Origin: Candidatus Poribacteria bacterium
Lineage (GTDB): Bacteria > Poribacteria > WGA-4E > WGA-3G
Reading direction: 5' to 3'
Assembly (NCBI GenBank): GCA_958295815.1
Contig: OY282374.1
Location: 2,882,856 to 2,946,855 of the forward strand
DNA length: 64,000 bases
The notes below the pieces were generated by a model. The model did not search any database. It was not told where the DNA came from and was given only the letters and a program-made list of their open reading frames with translations. Numbering within the stretch: the first letter of the stretch is position 1; each line of letters starts with the position of its first letter. The translations under genes and the position numbers were made by a program. Below are positions 40,655 through 50,041 of this stretch, piece by piece.

Positions 40655-41701
40655 ATGAAACTCAAGGAAATTTGTGAACGCCTCAATGGCGATCTCTCTG
40701 GGGATGGTGATATTGAAATTACAGGGGTATCTGGAATCAACGAAGCGCTTCCGACTCAGATTACCTTTGTTGCCAACCCAAAGTACATCGCTGCTATAGC
40801 AACGACGCAAGCTGGGGCAATTATAATTGGTCAGGGTGTCAAGGGTAACGGCAAACCGACGATTCGAGTTGATAACCCGTACTTGTCTTTCGTAAAAGTT
40901 TTGGAGATGTTCTCATGGGACAAAAACCCTCGCGCACTTCCGGGTGTTGACGAGACAGCGATCATAGGAAAGAATGTCAAACTTGGTGAACGTGTCTCAA
41001 TTCAAGCGTATAGTTACATCGCGGACGACGTTGAAATCGGTAATGACACCGTCATTCAGCCGTTTGTTTATATCGGCGAAGGTGCAAAAATCGGTGCTGA
41101 TGGACTTATTTACCCACACGTTAGCATCCGTGAAGATGTAACGATCGGTGATCGGGTAATCATCCACTGTGGTGCTGTTATAGGTAGTGACGGCTTCGGA
41201 TTTGCCCCTGTTAGCAATCGACACCATAAAATCCCTCAGATTGGGACTGTGGTTATTGAAGACGATGTTGAGATCGGTGCGAATACCACTATTGATAGAG
41301 CGACACTCTCAGAAACACTTATCAAACGCGGCACGAAATTGGATAACCTTGTTCAAATTGCGCATAATGTTGTCATCGGAGAAGACTGCTGTCTCGCGGC
41401 ACAAGTCGGTATTGCTGGAAGTACTATACTCGGTGACCGTGTAAACATTGCGGGTCACGGAGGTGCGGCAGGTCATTTAACGCTCGGTGAGGATAGTGTT
41501 GTTTACGCGAAATCCGCAGTCACGAAAGATATGCCTGCTGGTAGTCATCTTTCTGGATTTCCAGCACGTCCACATAAACAAGAATTGAGAATTCACGCTG
41601 CGACCCGCAAGTTGCCGGAAATGCTCCCTGAATTCACCAAACTTCAAAAGCGGGTTGCTGAACTTGAAGCAAAAATCCAAGAGTTGGATGATGCCTCGTA
41701 G
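40655..41701 (+). CDS. lpxD: UDP-3-O-(3-hydroxyacyl)glucosamine N-acyltransferase
   Basis: Hexapeptide repeats, GSDGFGF, KIPQIG, IDRA, KLDNLVQIAHNV. Confidence 0.96.
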   Translation: MKLKEICERLNGDLSGDGDIEITGVSGINEALPTQITFVANPKYIAAIATTQAGAIIIGQGVKGNGKPTIRVDNPYLSFVKVLEMFSWDKNPRALPGVDETAIIGKNVKLGERVSIQAYSYIADDVEIGNDTVIQPFVYIGEGAKIGADGLIYPHVSIREDVTIGDRVIIHCGAVIGSDGFGFAPVSNRHHKIPQIGTVVIEDDVEIGANTTIDRATLSETLIKRGTKLDNLVQIAHNVVIGEDCCLAAQVGIAGSTILGDRVNIAGHGGAAGHLTLGEDSVVYAKSAVTKDMPAGSHLSGFPARPHKQELRIHAATRKLPEMLPEFTKLQKRVAELEAKIQELDDAS

Positions 41702-41708
41702 AGAGGCT

Positions 41709-41990
41709 ATGGGAAACAAGATGTTTTAACTCTTGGACCACGTAGCAGTTTTGCGTGCGACGCTTTTTTCGGTTTGGACGCTCGTCCTTTGGGGTATCAT
41801 CAGGGGCGTACATCCCCACAAGCATCGGATATCGCGCTCCTTTGCAATTATGGGTCATCTTTTGTCTCTACACGTTGCTCAGAGGAACTATCTACATCCT
41901 CAATCAGATAGCCGACTGGGAAACCGATTCCAATTGTATCTCTCACCTCCGCCGTCATTTACCCTATTTGTCTATTGGAATTATACGCAA
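41709..41990 (+). pseudogene. Decayed 5' fragment of a UbiA-family prenyltransferase
   Basis: ATG 41709 with early stop; LDHVAVLRATLFSVWTLVL in one frame, LYTLLRGTIYILNQIADWETD (NxxxDxxxD motif) in another. Confidence 0.65.
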
Positions 41991-42010
41991 GTTGCGAGAT
42001 ATTTACGTAA

Positions 42011-42291
42011 ACGGCACACGGAGTGTGTCTGCTACTCCTGTTACGGCACATGGAGTGTGTCTGCTACTTTTAACTCACGACAACGGCACACGACGGAGTG
42101 TGTCTGCTACTTTTAACCCACGACAACGGCACACGGAGTGTGCCTACTACTTTTAACTCACGACAACGGCACACGGAGAGTGTCTGCTACTCCTGTTACG
42201 GCACACGGAGTGTGCAGCGTTTATTATTGACATCTCACTGCTTTCGGGGTGTCTGCTACTCCTGTTACGGCACACGGAGTGTGCCTACTAC
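42011..42291. repeat. Cluster of about 7-8 ACGGCACACGGAGTGTG(C/T)CT(A/G)CTAC REP copies
   Basis: Copies at 42011, 42043, 42083, 42126, 42166, 42198 (partial) and 42267, with two recurring linkers. Confidence 0.92.
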
Positions 42292-42303
42292 TTTTAAGGA
42301 TTC

Positions 42304-43158
42304 TTGAAAATGAAGACGGTGCTGGCGTACCTTGAATTGGCACGCCCTCTCAACGGAATTATCGCTTTTATCTCGGCATGGCTCGGAGGGGTATTCGCAA
42401 GCCGAGGTGACACAGAAAACCTTTTAGACGTCCGTCTGTTGTTAGTTTCTATCGCTGCATTACTCCTACTATCCGCAGGGAACGCTATAAACGATTATTG
42501 TGATTACAATATAGACCGAATTAACCGTCCACAGAGACCACTCCCTTCCGGACGAATTCAGAGACTACACGCCGTGATTTTCGCAATAGTTCTGATGGTA
42601 ATTGGCATCTGGCTTGGAACACTTATTAGTAAAAGTGCTATAATCTTTGCAATCCTCGTAGCCGTTGCCCTGATCGGTTACGCTTTCTGGCTAAAACGCA
42701 CCCCTTTTGTAGGCAATTTGGTTGTCAGCGGCTTAACGGGTTCTACCTTCATTGCGGGAGGCATCGCGATAGACTCGGTGCAGGGCACACTGGTTCCAGC
42801 TATCTTTGCGTTCTTGTTCACAGCAGCACGAGAGATTATCAAAGACCTTGAAGATACAGAGGGTGATCTGAAAAACAGCGTTAAAACACTTGCGATCCTC
42901 AATCCACGTCTTGCTGTAGGAACAGCACTTGGTTTCATGGCACTCGTTATTTTGTTCAGTCCTATCCCGTATCTATTCGGATGGTACTCATGGCATTATC
43001 TGTTTGCGGTTGTACTCGGTGTTGACTTAGTTCTAATCGGATTGGCAATTCGGCTGTTGCGTGATACTTCCAAAGAGAGTTGTGCTGCCATTCAACGCTG
43101 GATGAAATGGGACATATTCGTGGGACTCGGTGCGATCTACATCGGAATATTTTTATGA
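42304..43158 (+). CDS. Digeranylgeranylglyceryl-phosphate (DGGGP) synthase-like UbiA prenyltransferase
   Basis: LARPLN, AGNAINDYCDYNIDRINRPQRPLPSGRI, YAFWLKRTPFVGNLVVS, REIIKDLEDTEGD...KTLA. Confidence 0.85.
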   Translation: MKMKTVLAYLELARPLNGIIAFISAWLGGVFASRGDTENLLDVRLLLVSIAALLLLSAGNAINDYCDYNIDRINRPQRPLPSGRIQRLHAVIFAIVLMVIGIWLGTLISKSAIIFAILVAVALIGYAFWLKRTPFVGNLVVSGLTGSTFIAGGIAIDSVQGTLVPAIFAFLFTAAREIIKDLEDTEGDLKNSVKTLAILNPRLAVGTALGFMALVILFSPIPYLFGWYSWHYLFAVVLGVDLVLIGLAIRLLRDTSKESCAAIQRWMKWDIFVGLGAIYIGIFL

Positions 43159-44375
43159 TAAACTACGATCAAGTTATTGCTTTCTTAGAAAGAAAAAACC
43201 CGGATGCTGAGACAGTATCCCGTTTTAAGCAGGCGTATCACAGCTTTTCTGAGACCGGAGAATGGCGTCCCTCCTATCAGGTGCTGACCACAGGCTGGCA
43301 GAAACTTGATGGGGTTTTACTGATGACACCAGAGGATGTGTTTGATACCGACTATCGGGTTTATCTCAGCACTACAACCGAACGAGGTTTGAGAGAACTG
43401 CTCCTCGCATTTCCGAGACGCTGCACCGGAATGTTTTATCTAACAGAAAAATGGATGGTCAACGGGATCCACGATGTCTTAGAGGGTGAGGTCGTTCGGA
43501 CAGATAGTGGGGCGTTTTATCGGGGTATTAAGCGTGGTAGTGGCACGGTTGCAGAACAGCGAACAATTTCTAAACGCAAAGATGCGATTGCTGCACACAT
43601 GCATAAATTATCGACCTTGAAGGGCAAACTTGAGCATTCACAATTTGTTGTTGAAGGAGAACTGATAGTGGAACGGGCGGTTAGAGACGGACTGCCTATT
43701 GGCGGAATCCTTTATACCACCACCCTACTTGCAACACCTGATGGGAAAAACCTCCTGAAGCGAGCCTTTACGGATAATATTTCCTGCTATCAGGTTAGTG
43801 ATGGTGTCATGGGTTCAATCACTACAACACGTCCGATACCATCGGTCATGGCATCGGTACACTTCAACTTCCAGCATTTTTTGTCCGCATCAGGTGAACC
43901 CAATTTTCATTTTAGTCGGGAATGTACAATGCTCATCGCCGAGAATGTCGCGAACCCAGACAATTTGGGTATGACCTTGCGAACAGCAGATGCAGCAGGG
44001 GTATCTGCTGTCTTATTGAGTCGTGAAGGAGCGAGTCCGTTCCACAAGAACTGCATTCGCGCATCGCGAGGGGCAGTTGGACGTTTACCGTTGTACTATG
44101 CAACGGAGATAGGTTCTGCTATTGAGGTATTAAAGGCATCAGGTTGGCAGGTCTTAGGTGGAACTTCAAGTGCAGAAAATGCGTTATACACTACGAAACT
44201 CTCGCTGCCTACAGCCATTGTTGTCGGCAACGAAAACACGGGACTCTCTACAGAAACGCGAGAACTCTGTACAGAACTCGTCCGCATTCCGATGGCATCT
44301 GGACAATCATCACTCAATGTAGGGGTTGCGGCGGGTGTTCTGCTCTACGAACTTGCACGACGGCACAGAATTTGA
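43155..44375 (+). CDS. SpoU/TrmH-family RNA methyltransferase with extra N-terminal domain
   Basis: ENVANPDNLGMTLRTADAAG, VVGNENTGL, IPMASGQSSLNVGVA; ATGA overlap with the upstream gene. Confidence 0.9.
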   Translation: MINYDQVIAFLERKNPDAETVSRFKQAYHSFSETGEWRPSYQVLTTGWQKLDGVLLMTPEDVFDTDYRVYLSTTTERGLRELLLAFPRRCTGMFYLTEKWMVNGIHDVLEGEVVRTDSGAFYRGIKRGSGTVAEQRTISKRKDAIAAHMHKLSTLKGKLEHSQFVVEGELIVERAVRDGLPIGGILYTTTLLATPDGKNLLKRAFTDNISCYQVSDGVMGSITTTRPIPSVMASVHFNFQHFLSASGEPNFHFSRECTMLIAENVANPDNLGMTLRTADAAGVSAVLLSREGASPFHKNCIRASRGAVGRLPLYYATEIGSAIEVLKASGWQVLGGTSSAENALYTTKLSLPTAIVVGNENTGLSTETRELCTELVRIPMASGQSSLNVGVAAGVLLYELARRHRI

Positions 44376-44400
44376 CAAATCACCACAAATATGGTAAAAT
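44372..44400 (+). promoter_or_regulatory. Sigma70-type promoter upstream of GGGP synthase
   Basis: TTGACA-17nt-TAAAAT. Confidence 0.7.
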
Positions 44401-44489
44401 TTTAAAAACAGTGGTCGGCACACAAGCCATGTAAAGATAGACGGCTTGCGAGTCGAGATTTAACATCCCGAAAAAAGGATAAATCGCAT

Positions 44490-45236
44490 TTGAGATTGAC
44501 TTGGGTTCTGAATCACTTTAAAGAGGTACTGAAAAAGCACAATGCTGGCTATTTTGTTCTAATCGATCCAGAGCAGTGCGATGTCAGAAAGTGTGCCAAA
44601 CTTGCAGGCGAGATCGAGAAGGCTGGTGCAGATGCAATTTTGTTAGGCGGGAGTTTTTTAACGAACGATTTGCATCCGATTGCGAAAGCCCTGAAACAGG
44701 AAACTCAACTACCAATCGTGCTTTTTCCGGGCGATTCGATGCACTTGACACCCCACGCTGATGCTATCCTCTACATCAGTCTTATCAGCGGTCGTAATCC
44801 AAACTATCTTATCGGCGAGCAAGTAAAAGCCGCCCCGCGCATACGACATCACGCGCTTGAACCTATTCCGACGGGCTACATGCTCATTGATGGTGGTAAC
44901 AGAACCGCCGTTGAATTCACGAGTGGGACGATGCCCATCCCGCGTGACAAGCCAGATATAGCGGGACCTCATGCATTAGCTGCGGAATATCTCGGCATGC
45001 AGATGGTGTACTTAGAAGCAGGTAGCGGTGCGACCCATCCTGTTCCAAACGAAATGATCTCCACAGTAAAAGCACAAATCGGTATTCCGTTAATCGTCGG
45101 TGGTGGCATCCGCACACCAAAAATTGCGGCAAAAAAGGTAGCGGCGGGTGCTGATTTTGTCGTAACAGGTAATGTTCTTGAGGAGAATGGATCTCTCGAA
45201 CTGATGAAAGCGTTCGCTGATGCCGTTCACGGCTAA
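44490..45236 (+). CDS. Geranylgeranylglyceryl-phosphate (GGGP) synthase, group II-like
   Basis: LIDPE, DAILLGGS, LFPG, SLISGRNPNYLIG, PTGYMLI, YLEAGSGA, VGGGIR, VTGN. Confidence 0.93.
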   Translation: MRLTWVLNHFKEVLKKHNAGYFVLIDPEQCDVRKCAKLAGEIEKAGADAILLGGSFLTNDLHPIAKALKQETQLPIVLFPGDSMHLTPHADAILYISLISGRNPNYLIGEQVKAAPRIRHHALEPIPTGYMLIDGGNRTAVEFTSGTMPIPRDKPDIAGPHALAAEYLGMQMVYLEAGSGATHPVPNEMISTVKAQIGIPLIVGGGIRTPKIAAKKVAAGADFVVTGNVLEENGSLELMKAFADAVHG

Positions 45237-45245
45237 AACAACCGG

Positions 45246-45337
45246 GAATTCGGGGTTACAAACCCCTCCCACAATGTGAAAATTACTTCAAACGCTTTGT
45301 TGAAGCATCTAAAACTTGTTAGTAGCAACTTGGATTA
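45246..45337. mobile_element. About 90-nt MITE-like element carrying the GGGGTTACAAACCCC REP hairpin
   Basis: Homologous to 55795-55885 and 62680-62773; ends in TAGCAACTTGGATTA. Confidence 0.7.
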
Positions 45338-45405
45338 AAATTGGCGACATTGGAAAATAGGCTTGCAGGAAACAGCAAGAAATTAAGAAAAAGGACTTCA
45401 TTATT

Positions 45406-46245
45406 ATGTCTGACGTTAAAGAAATACACATCAAAGCAGAAATAGAACCGACCGCAGATAACGATTCTGACGAGTGCGAAGAGAAATCATTTGTTACACG
45501 TATGCGAGAGATTGCAGAGACAGCACTTGACACAGTCAAATCGGAAGTAAAAAAAGGAATAGAAGAGCGCATTGCCCCTGTTGAAGAAACAGCTGCTAAC
45601 CTGACATCGACAGTCAAGGAAGAGGTAGAGTCGATTGTACAACGCGTGCACGATCAATATGAAACCGAACGCGCTGAACTATTTCGCACAGAAATCGAAA
45701 AAGAGGTAGATGCTGCCGTGCAGCACGTCCATGAAGAATATAAGGCGGAACGCGATATCCTATTACGGACAGCTGCCGAAGCCGAAAACACTAAAAAACG
45801 CATGGAGACTGACTATCAACGGAAGCTAAAGTTCGCAAACGAAGAAATTTTAGAAGGAATGGTGCCGGTGCTTGATAGTTTCGAAGCCGCGATTAAAAGT
45901 GTAACTGAGAAAGTTGAAACCGACGACGCTTCATCTGATCTCACCACATTCAGCGAAGGTGTGGAACTTGTTCACAAACAGTTGTTAGATGCCCTGAAAA
46001 GTCACGGACTCACGCCAATTGAAGCTATCGGTGAAACATTTGATCCGTACCGACATGAGGCATTGATGGCAGTGGCATCAGATGACATAGCAGAAGATAA
46101 AGTGGTTGAAGAGTTTCGGCGCGGGTATATGTTGCACACCCGCGTTCTGCGCGCCTCACAAGTAGTTGTTTCGCAGGGAGCTGAAAAAGAAGAGGAAGTG
46201 CCTGAAGATTCAGATGACAGTGCCGATGCTGACGACGCTGAGTAG
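45406..46245 (+). CDS. grpE: Nucleotide exchange factor GrpE with extended N-terminal coiled coil
   Basis: LLRTAAEAENTKKR, PVLDSFEAA, GETFDPYRHEA, RGYMLHTRVLRASQVVV. Confidence 0.92.
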   Translation: MSDVKEIHIKAEIEPTADNDSDECEEKSFVTRMREIAETALDTVKSEVKKGIEERIAPVEETAANLTSTVKEEVESIVQRVHDQYETERAELFRTEIEKEVDAAVQHVHEEYKAERDILLRTAAEAENTKKRMETDYQRKLKFANEEILEGMVPVLDSFEAAIKSVTEKVETDDASSDLTTFSEGVELVHKQLLDALKSHGLTPIEAIGETFDPYRHEALMAVASDDIAEDKVVEEFRRGYMLHTRVLRASQVVVSQGAEKEEEVPEDSDDSADADDAE

Positions 46246-46266
46246 TACAATAGGAAGGGACAGTCC

Positions 46267-47382
46267 ATGATGCAAAAACGCGACTATTATGAGATTCTGG
46301 CTGTGAACCGTGATGCCGATGAAGATGAGATAAAGAAGGCTTATCGCAAACTCGCCATTCAATACCATCCAGATAAAAACCCTGGGAACAAAGAAGCTGA
46401 AAACAAGTTCAAGGAAGCGACAGAGGCTTACGAAGTCCTGCGTACTCCTGAAAAACGACAACTTTATAATAGGTTCGGACATGCAGGATTAGAAAACAGC
46501 GGCAGCGATTTTGGCGGGTTTGGCGTGAATCTCGACGACATTTTCGGAGACGTCTTTGGCGATCTCTTGGGAGGATTCGGTGCTTCCCAACGCACACCGA
46601 AACGCGGGCGGAGTTTACAATACAACCTTGAAGTGACGCTTGAAGAGGTCATCCACGGAAAACGGGCTAAGATTCAGGTGCCCCGGATTGAATCCTGCCC
46701 GACGTGCGAGGGTAGTGGTGCAAAGCACGGGACGCGGGTTGTAACGTGTCCTCAGTGCCATGGTAGAGGTCAAGTCAGCCAAACGCAAGGATTTTTCACA
46801 ATGTCCCGGACCTGCCCGCACTGCCGTGGTGAAGGTGAAATCATTCAAGAACCGTGTTCATCTTGTGCCGGAAAAGGACTCGTCCGGAATACGGCTGAGA
46901 TTGAACTGAATATTGATAAAGGTGTTGACACGGGTTTCAAATACCAATTGCGTGGCGAAGGCGAATCAGGCGCCAACGGTGCGCCTCCAGGTGACCTGTA
47001 TGTTGTCATCAATGTTGTCCCGCATGAACGCTTCCAACGCAACCAAAATGACCTGATTACATCAGCCAAAGTTTCGTTCGTTCAAGCGGCACTCGGTGGA
47101 AGAATTAAAGTCGATGGCATTGATGGACCTGAAGTGTTGGATATCCCGCCCGGCACGCAGTATGGCACGCAGTTACGTATCGCTAACAAAGGTGTTCCGC
47201 ATTACAGACGTTCCTATTCAGGCGATTTAGTCGTCGTTATAGAAGTGGAAACGCCCAAAAACCTGAATGCGACAGAACGCGAAAAGTTAGCGGAATTCGC
47301 AAATTTGCGTGGTGAATCCTATCACAGCGAACAGGGTGGATTTTGGGATAAGTTGCTCGGTCGCAATGATGAGGACGAATAA
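46267..47382 (+). CDS. dnaJ: Chaperone DnaJ
   Basis: J-domain HPD, G/F region, four CxxCxGxG motifs. Confidence 0.98.
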   Translation: MMQKRDYYEILAVNRDADEDEIKKAYRKLAIQYHPDKNPGNKEAENKFKEATEAYEVLRTPEKRQLYNRFGHAGLENSGSDFGGFGVNLDDIFGDVFGDLLGGFGASQRTPKRGRSLQYNLEVTLEEVIHGKRAKIQVPRIESCPTCEGSGAKHGTRVVTCPQCHGRGQVSQTQGFFTMSRTCPHCRGEGEIIQEPCSSCAGKGLVRNTAEIELNIDKGVDTGFKYQLRGEGESGANGAPPGDLYVVINVVPHERFQRNQNDLITSAKVSFVQAALGGRIKVDGIDGPEVLDIPPGTQYGTQLRIANKGVPHYRRSYSGDLVVVIEVETPKNLNATEREKLAEFANLRGESYHSEQGGFWDKLLGRNDEDE

Positions 47383-47444
47383 TCCGTATAGATAGAGCGA
47401 TTCAATTTTTAGAGAGAGTGTACAACGGTGTATGAGTGCTCAAC

Positions 47445-48347
47445 ATGGTAAACAATTGGGCGAGAATCACGGTAACTACCTCTCAAGAGGCATCTGAGGC
47501 AGTCGCGAACTGCCTTTTTGAATTGGGCGCGACAGGCGTTGAATTCGAGGATAGCAGTGCGTCTACGGTAAACCTTATTGCCTATTATCCATTAGATGAC
47601 CGGGTTGGTGCGCGAATGCAGAGGCTCCGCGATTTCCTTGCGGAACTTCCGACCTGGGGCATTCAGTCAGAACCTGCCACAATCGACTTAAAACCTGTGA
47701 AATCTGAGGATTGGGAAGAAGCGTGGAAAGCTGCTTTTCCACCGATGCGCGTTGGAAATAGGATTCTGATCACGCCAACGTGGAGCGATACGCCGCACAA
47801 GGAAACGGATGCTGTAATCCAACTGGATCCGGGTATGGCATTCGGCACTGGTCACCATCCTACCACTCGGCTATCCCTCGAATTATTGGAAGACTCGGTT
47901 GAATCACTCTACCACGTCGCTGACATCGGGAGCGGTTCTGGTATTTTAACTGTCGCCGCTGTGAAATTGGGAGCGCAACAGGTTGACGCGATTGAACTGG
48001 ATCCATCGGCTATTCCTGTCGCATCAGCAAATTTTAAAATAAATGGGATCGAATCGCGAGTCCGATTAACTCAAGGTGATGGACTCAAGAGCGTAGAAGG
48101 CAAATACCACCTCATTATCGGAAATATCCTAACGAAGGTGATTCTCCCGATCATTCCATACTGCGCACCACGACTACATCACGCTGGAGCAGTTATCTTT
48201 TCTGGGATACTTGACACAGAACTGGCGCAAGTTGAATCGGTTTTAGAAGCGCACCAGTTTCGATGTATTGAGGTCGTACGTGAAACAGAAGACAATATCA
48301 CTTGGGTAGGAGTTAAGGCGATTCTCCAATCGGCAGCTGCGTTATAG
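47445..48347 (+). CDS. prmA: Ribosomal protein L11 methyltransferase
   Basis: LDPGMAFGTGHHPTT, DIGSGSGIL, GNIL, SGI. Confidence 0.95.
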   Translation: MVNNWARITVTTSQEASEAVANCLFELGATGVEFEDSSASTVNLIAYYPLDDRVGARMQRLRDFLAELPTWGIQSEPATIDLKPVKSEDWEEAWKAAFPPMRVGNRILITPTWSDTPHKETDAVIQLDPGMAFGTGHHPTTRLSLELLEDSVESLYHVADIGSGSGILTVAAVKLGAQQVDAIELDPSAIPVASANFKINGIESRVRLTQGDGLKSVEGKYHLIIGNILTKVILPIIPYCAPRLHHAGAVIFSGILDTELAQVESVLEAHQFRCIEVVRETEDNITWVGVKAILQSAAAL

Positions 48348-48362
48348 AGGCTTGTACAACAC

Positions 48363-48623
48363 TTAGCGTGGTTCCTCTTTTGACATTCCGTGGCACAGAG
48401 TGCATCTACCGAGATTCAGATGTGGCATTGTGGGTGATTTTTCATCGCCTATTAAATGGCATTTCAGACATTCAGCGTCTGCCTCTGAACCGCGATGTTC
48501 CTCAATGTTAGAACGCGCAGGCGCAGCGTTGAAAAAAAGAATAACCATAACAATTGCGAAAATTAGACCGATAACGCTGACAATAACCATAAGCGTCTTG
48601 GCACTGGCTTGTTCTGTTGGCAT
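48363..48623 (-). CDS. Small membrane-anchored di-heme c-type cytochrome
   Basis: N-terminal TM; CLKCH and CTLCH; extra His residues; AAGGAG RBS. Confidence 0.75.
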   Translation of the reverse strand: MPTEQASAKTLMVIVSVIGLIFAIVMVILFFNAAPARSNIEEHRGSEADAECLKCHLIGDEKSPTMPHLNLGRCTLCHGMSKEEPR

Positions 48624-48641
48624 TGACTAAAATGAGACTCC

Positions 48642-49460
48642 TTATTTGAAAAATGGGAAGAGGATAGGGATATTTTCTGCAGTTAGTGATGAACCGTATT
48701 CGCACCCTTCAAATGCCTCAGCATATTGGATCTGCGTGCCTGATTCTTCGCCATATAGTGCTATTAGCAAGTCGCGATACTTATCGGCTATAGCACGAAA
48801 ACCCTGCAAGCGACGTTCAGCGAGCCATGTCCGTCGTGCTGAATCACGAGTTGGAACACTTTCTAATGTGCCGCCGTTGTAAGGGAGCCACTCATAGAAC
48901 TGTGATACGTGGCAGTGCAGCATATCAATCTTTTGCTCAATCACGGCATCAATACCGACAGCTACATCCGGTGTGAATGGGTACGGCTTCATGAAACCAT
49001 CACTTAAATAGGCAATAACAGGGTTTGTCCGTAAATCCGGCGTAAGTGCACAAATATTCGGGACGGTAACCATATATGCGGCATCCTGTACCAACGTTGA
49101 TGTATACCGGTGATCAGGATGGTAATCGTTAGGACGATGGGTCATAATTAGGTCTGGTTGGAATTCACGAATTGCGCGGATAATCTTGTAACGGTTTTCT
49201 AATGTCGGCATCAGTTCGCCGTCGTGATTGTCCAGCAGTTCGTATTCAATACCGATAACTTCAGCGGCGGCTTGTGCTTCTGCATTCCGTCGCTGTGCTA
49301 AGGGACCACCACCCATTTCGTGGTGTCCAGCATCGCCGTTTGTAACAGAGACAAATTTAACGCGATGCCCCTGTTGTACATACAACGCAGCGACACCTCC
49401 TGCTTTAATATCACAATCATCGGGATGCGCCCCGAAAACAAGAATATTTAATGTTGACAT
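48642..49460 (-). CDS. PIG-L/LmbE-family deacetylase
   Basis: AHPDD, TNGDAG, YHPDHR motifs. Confidence 0.93.
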   Translation of the reverse strand: MSTLNILVFGAHPDDCDIKAGGVAALYVQQGHRVKFVSVTNGDAGHHEMGGGPLAQRRNAEAQAAAEVIGIEYELLDNHDGELMPTLENRYKIIRAIREFQPDLIMTHRPNDYHPDHRYTSTLVQDAAYMVTVPNICALTPDLRTNPVIAYLSDGFMKPYPFTPDVAVGIDAVIEQKIDMLHCHVSQFYEWLPYNGGTLESVPTRDSARRTWLAERRLQGFRAIADKYRDLLIALYGEESGTQIQYAEAFEGCEYGSSLTAENIPILFPFFK

Positions 49461-49564
49461 TTTTCATTATCCTCTAAAAGATTACGTGGGTTCTACCTGT
49501 AACAGATGTATCTTAGAAGTATGACGCTCCCGTTCTGTGGGAAAGGCAATTATTAAACAATACT

Positions 49565-50032
49565 ATGCAAAACTGGAAAGTTGAAGTCTACTATAAACCT
49601 GAAGTCCCCGATACGATCGGGCAAGGCATTGTTGAAGATATAACCGATCTCGGTATTAGTGGCGTCGATTCTGTTCGCACAGCCACGGTTTACTGGATTG
49701 AAGGCACACTTGATGCCGAGGCTATCGACCGAATTGGTATGGAACTTCTTGCTGACCCGATCACACAAGTTTACACTTTCAGGTCTCAAAGCGATTCGAC
49801 GACAGACTGGACGCTTGAAGTACAATTCAAGCCGGGTGTTACCGACGCTGTTGGTGATAGTGCTGTCAAAGGCATCAAAGATTTAGGCATTACAGGTGTC
49901 ACAGGTGTTCGTACTGGACATAAGTATTGGCTAACGGGTAACCTGAATGCTGAGATACTTGAAACGATTGCGAGACGGCTTCTTATGAACGATGTTATCC
50001 AAACGTTTTCTTATGAAGAACCGCAGTCGTAA
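49565..50032 (+). CDS. purS: Phosphoribosylformylglycinamidine synthase PurS-like protein (two tandem PurS domains)
   Basis: KPEVPDTIG...LLADPITQ and KPGVTDAVG...LLMNDVIQ. Confidence 0.75.
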   Translation: MQNWKVEVYYKPEVPDTIGQGIVEDITDLGISGVDSVRTATVYWIEGTLDAEAIDRIGMELLADPITQVYTFRSQSDSTTDWTLEVQFKPGVTDAVGDSAVKGIKDLGITGVTGVRTGHKYWLTGNLNAEILETIARRLLMNDVIQTFSYEEPQS

Positions 50033-50041
50033 TGACTATCT

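Noticed and set aside
42011..42291. CRISPR array, and ORFs 41733-42116, 41755-42156 and 42098-42307
   Set aside because: Linkers are short and recurrent; the ORFs are read-through of a pseudogene and repeats
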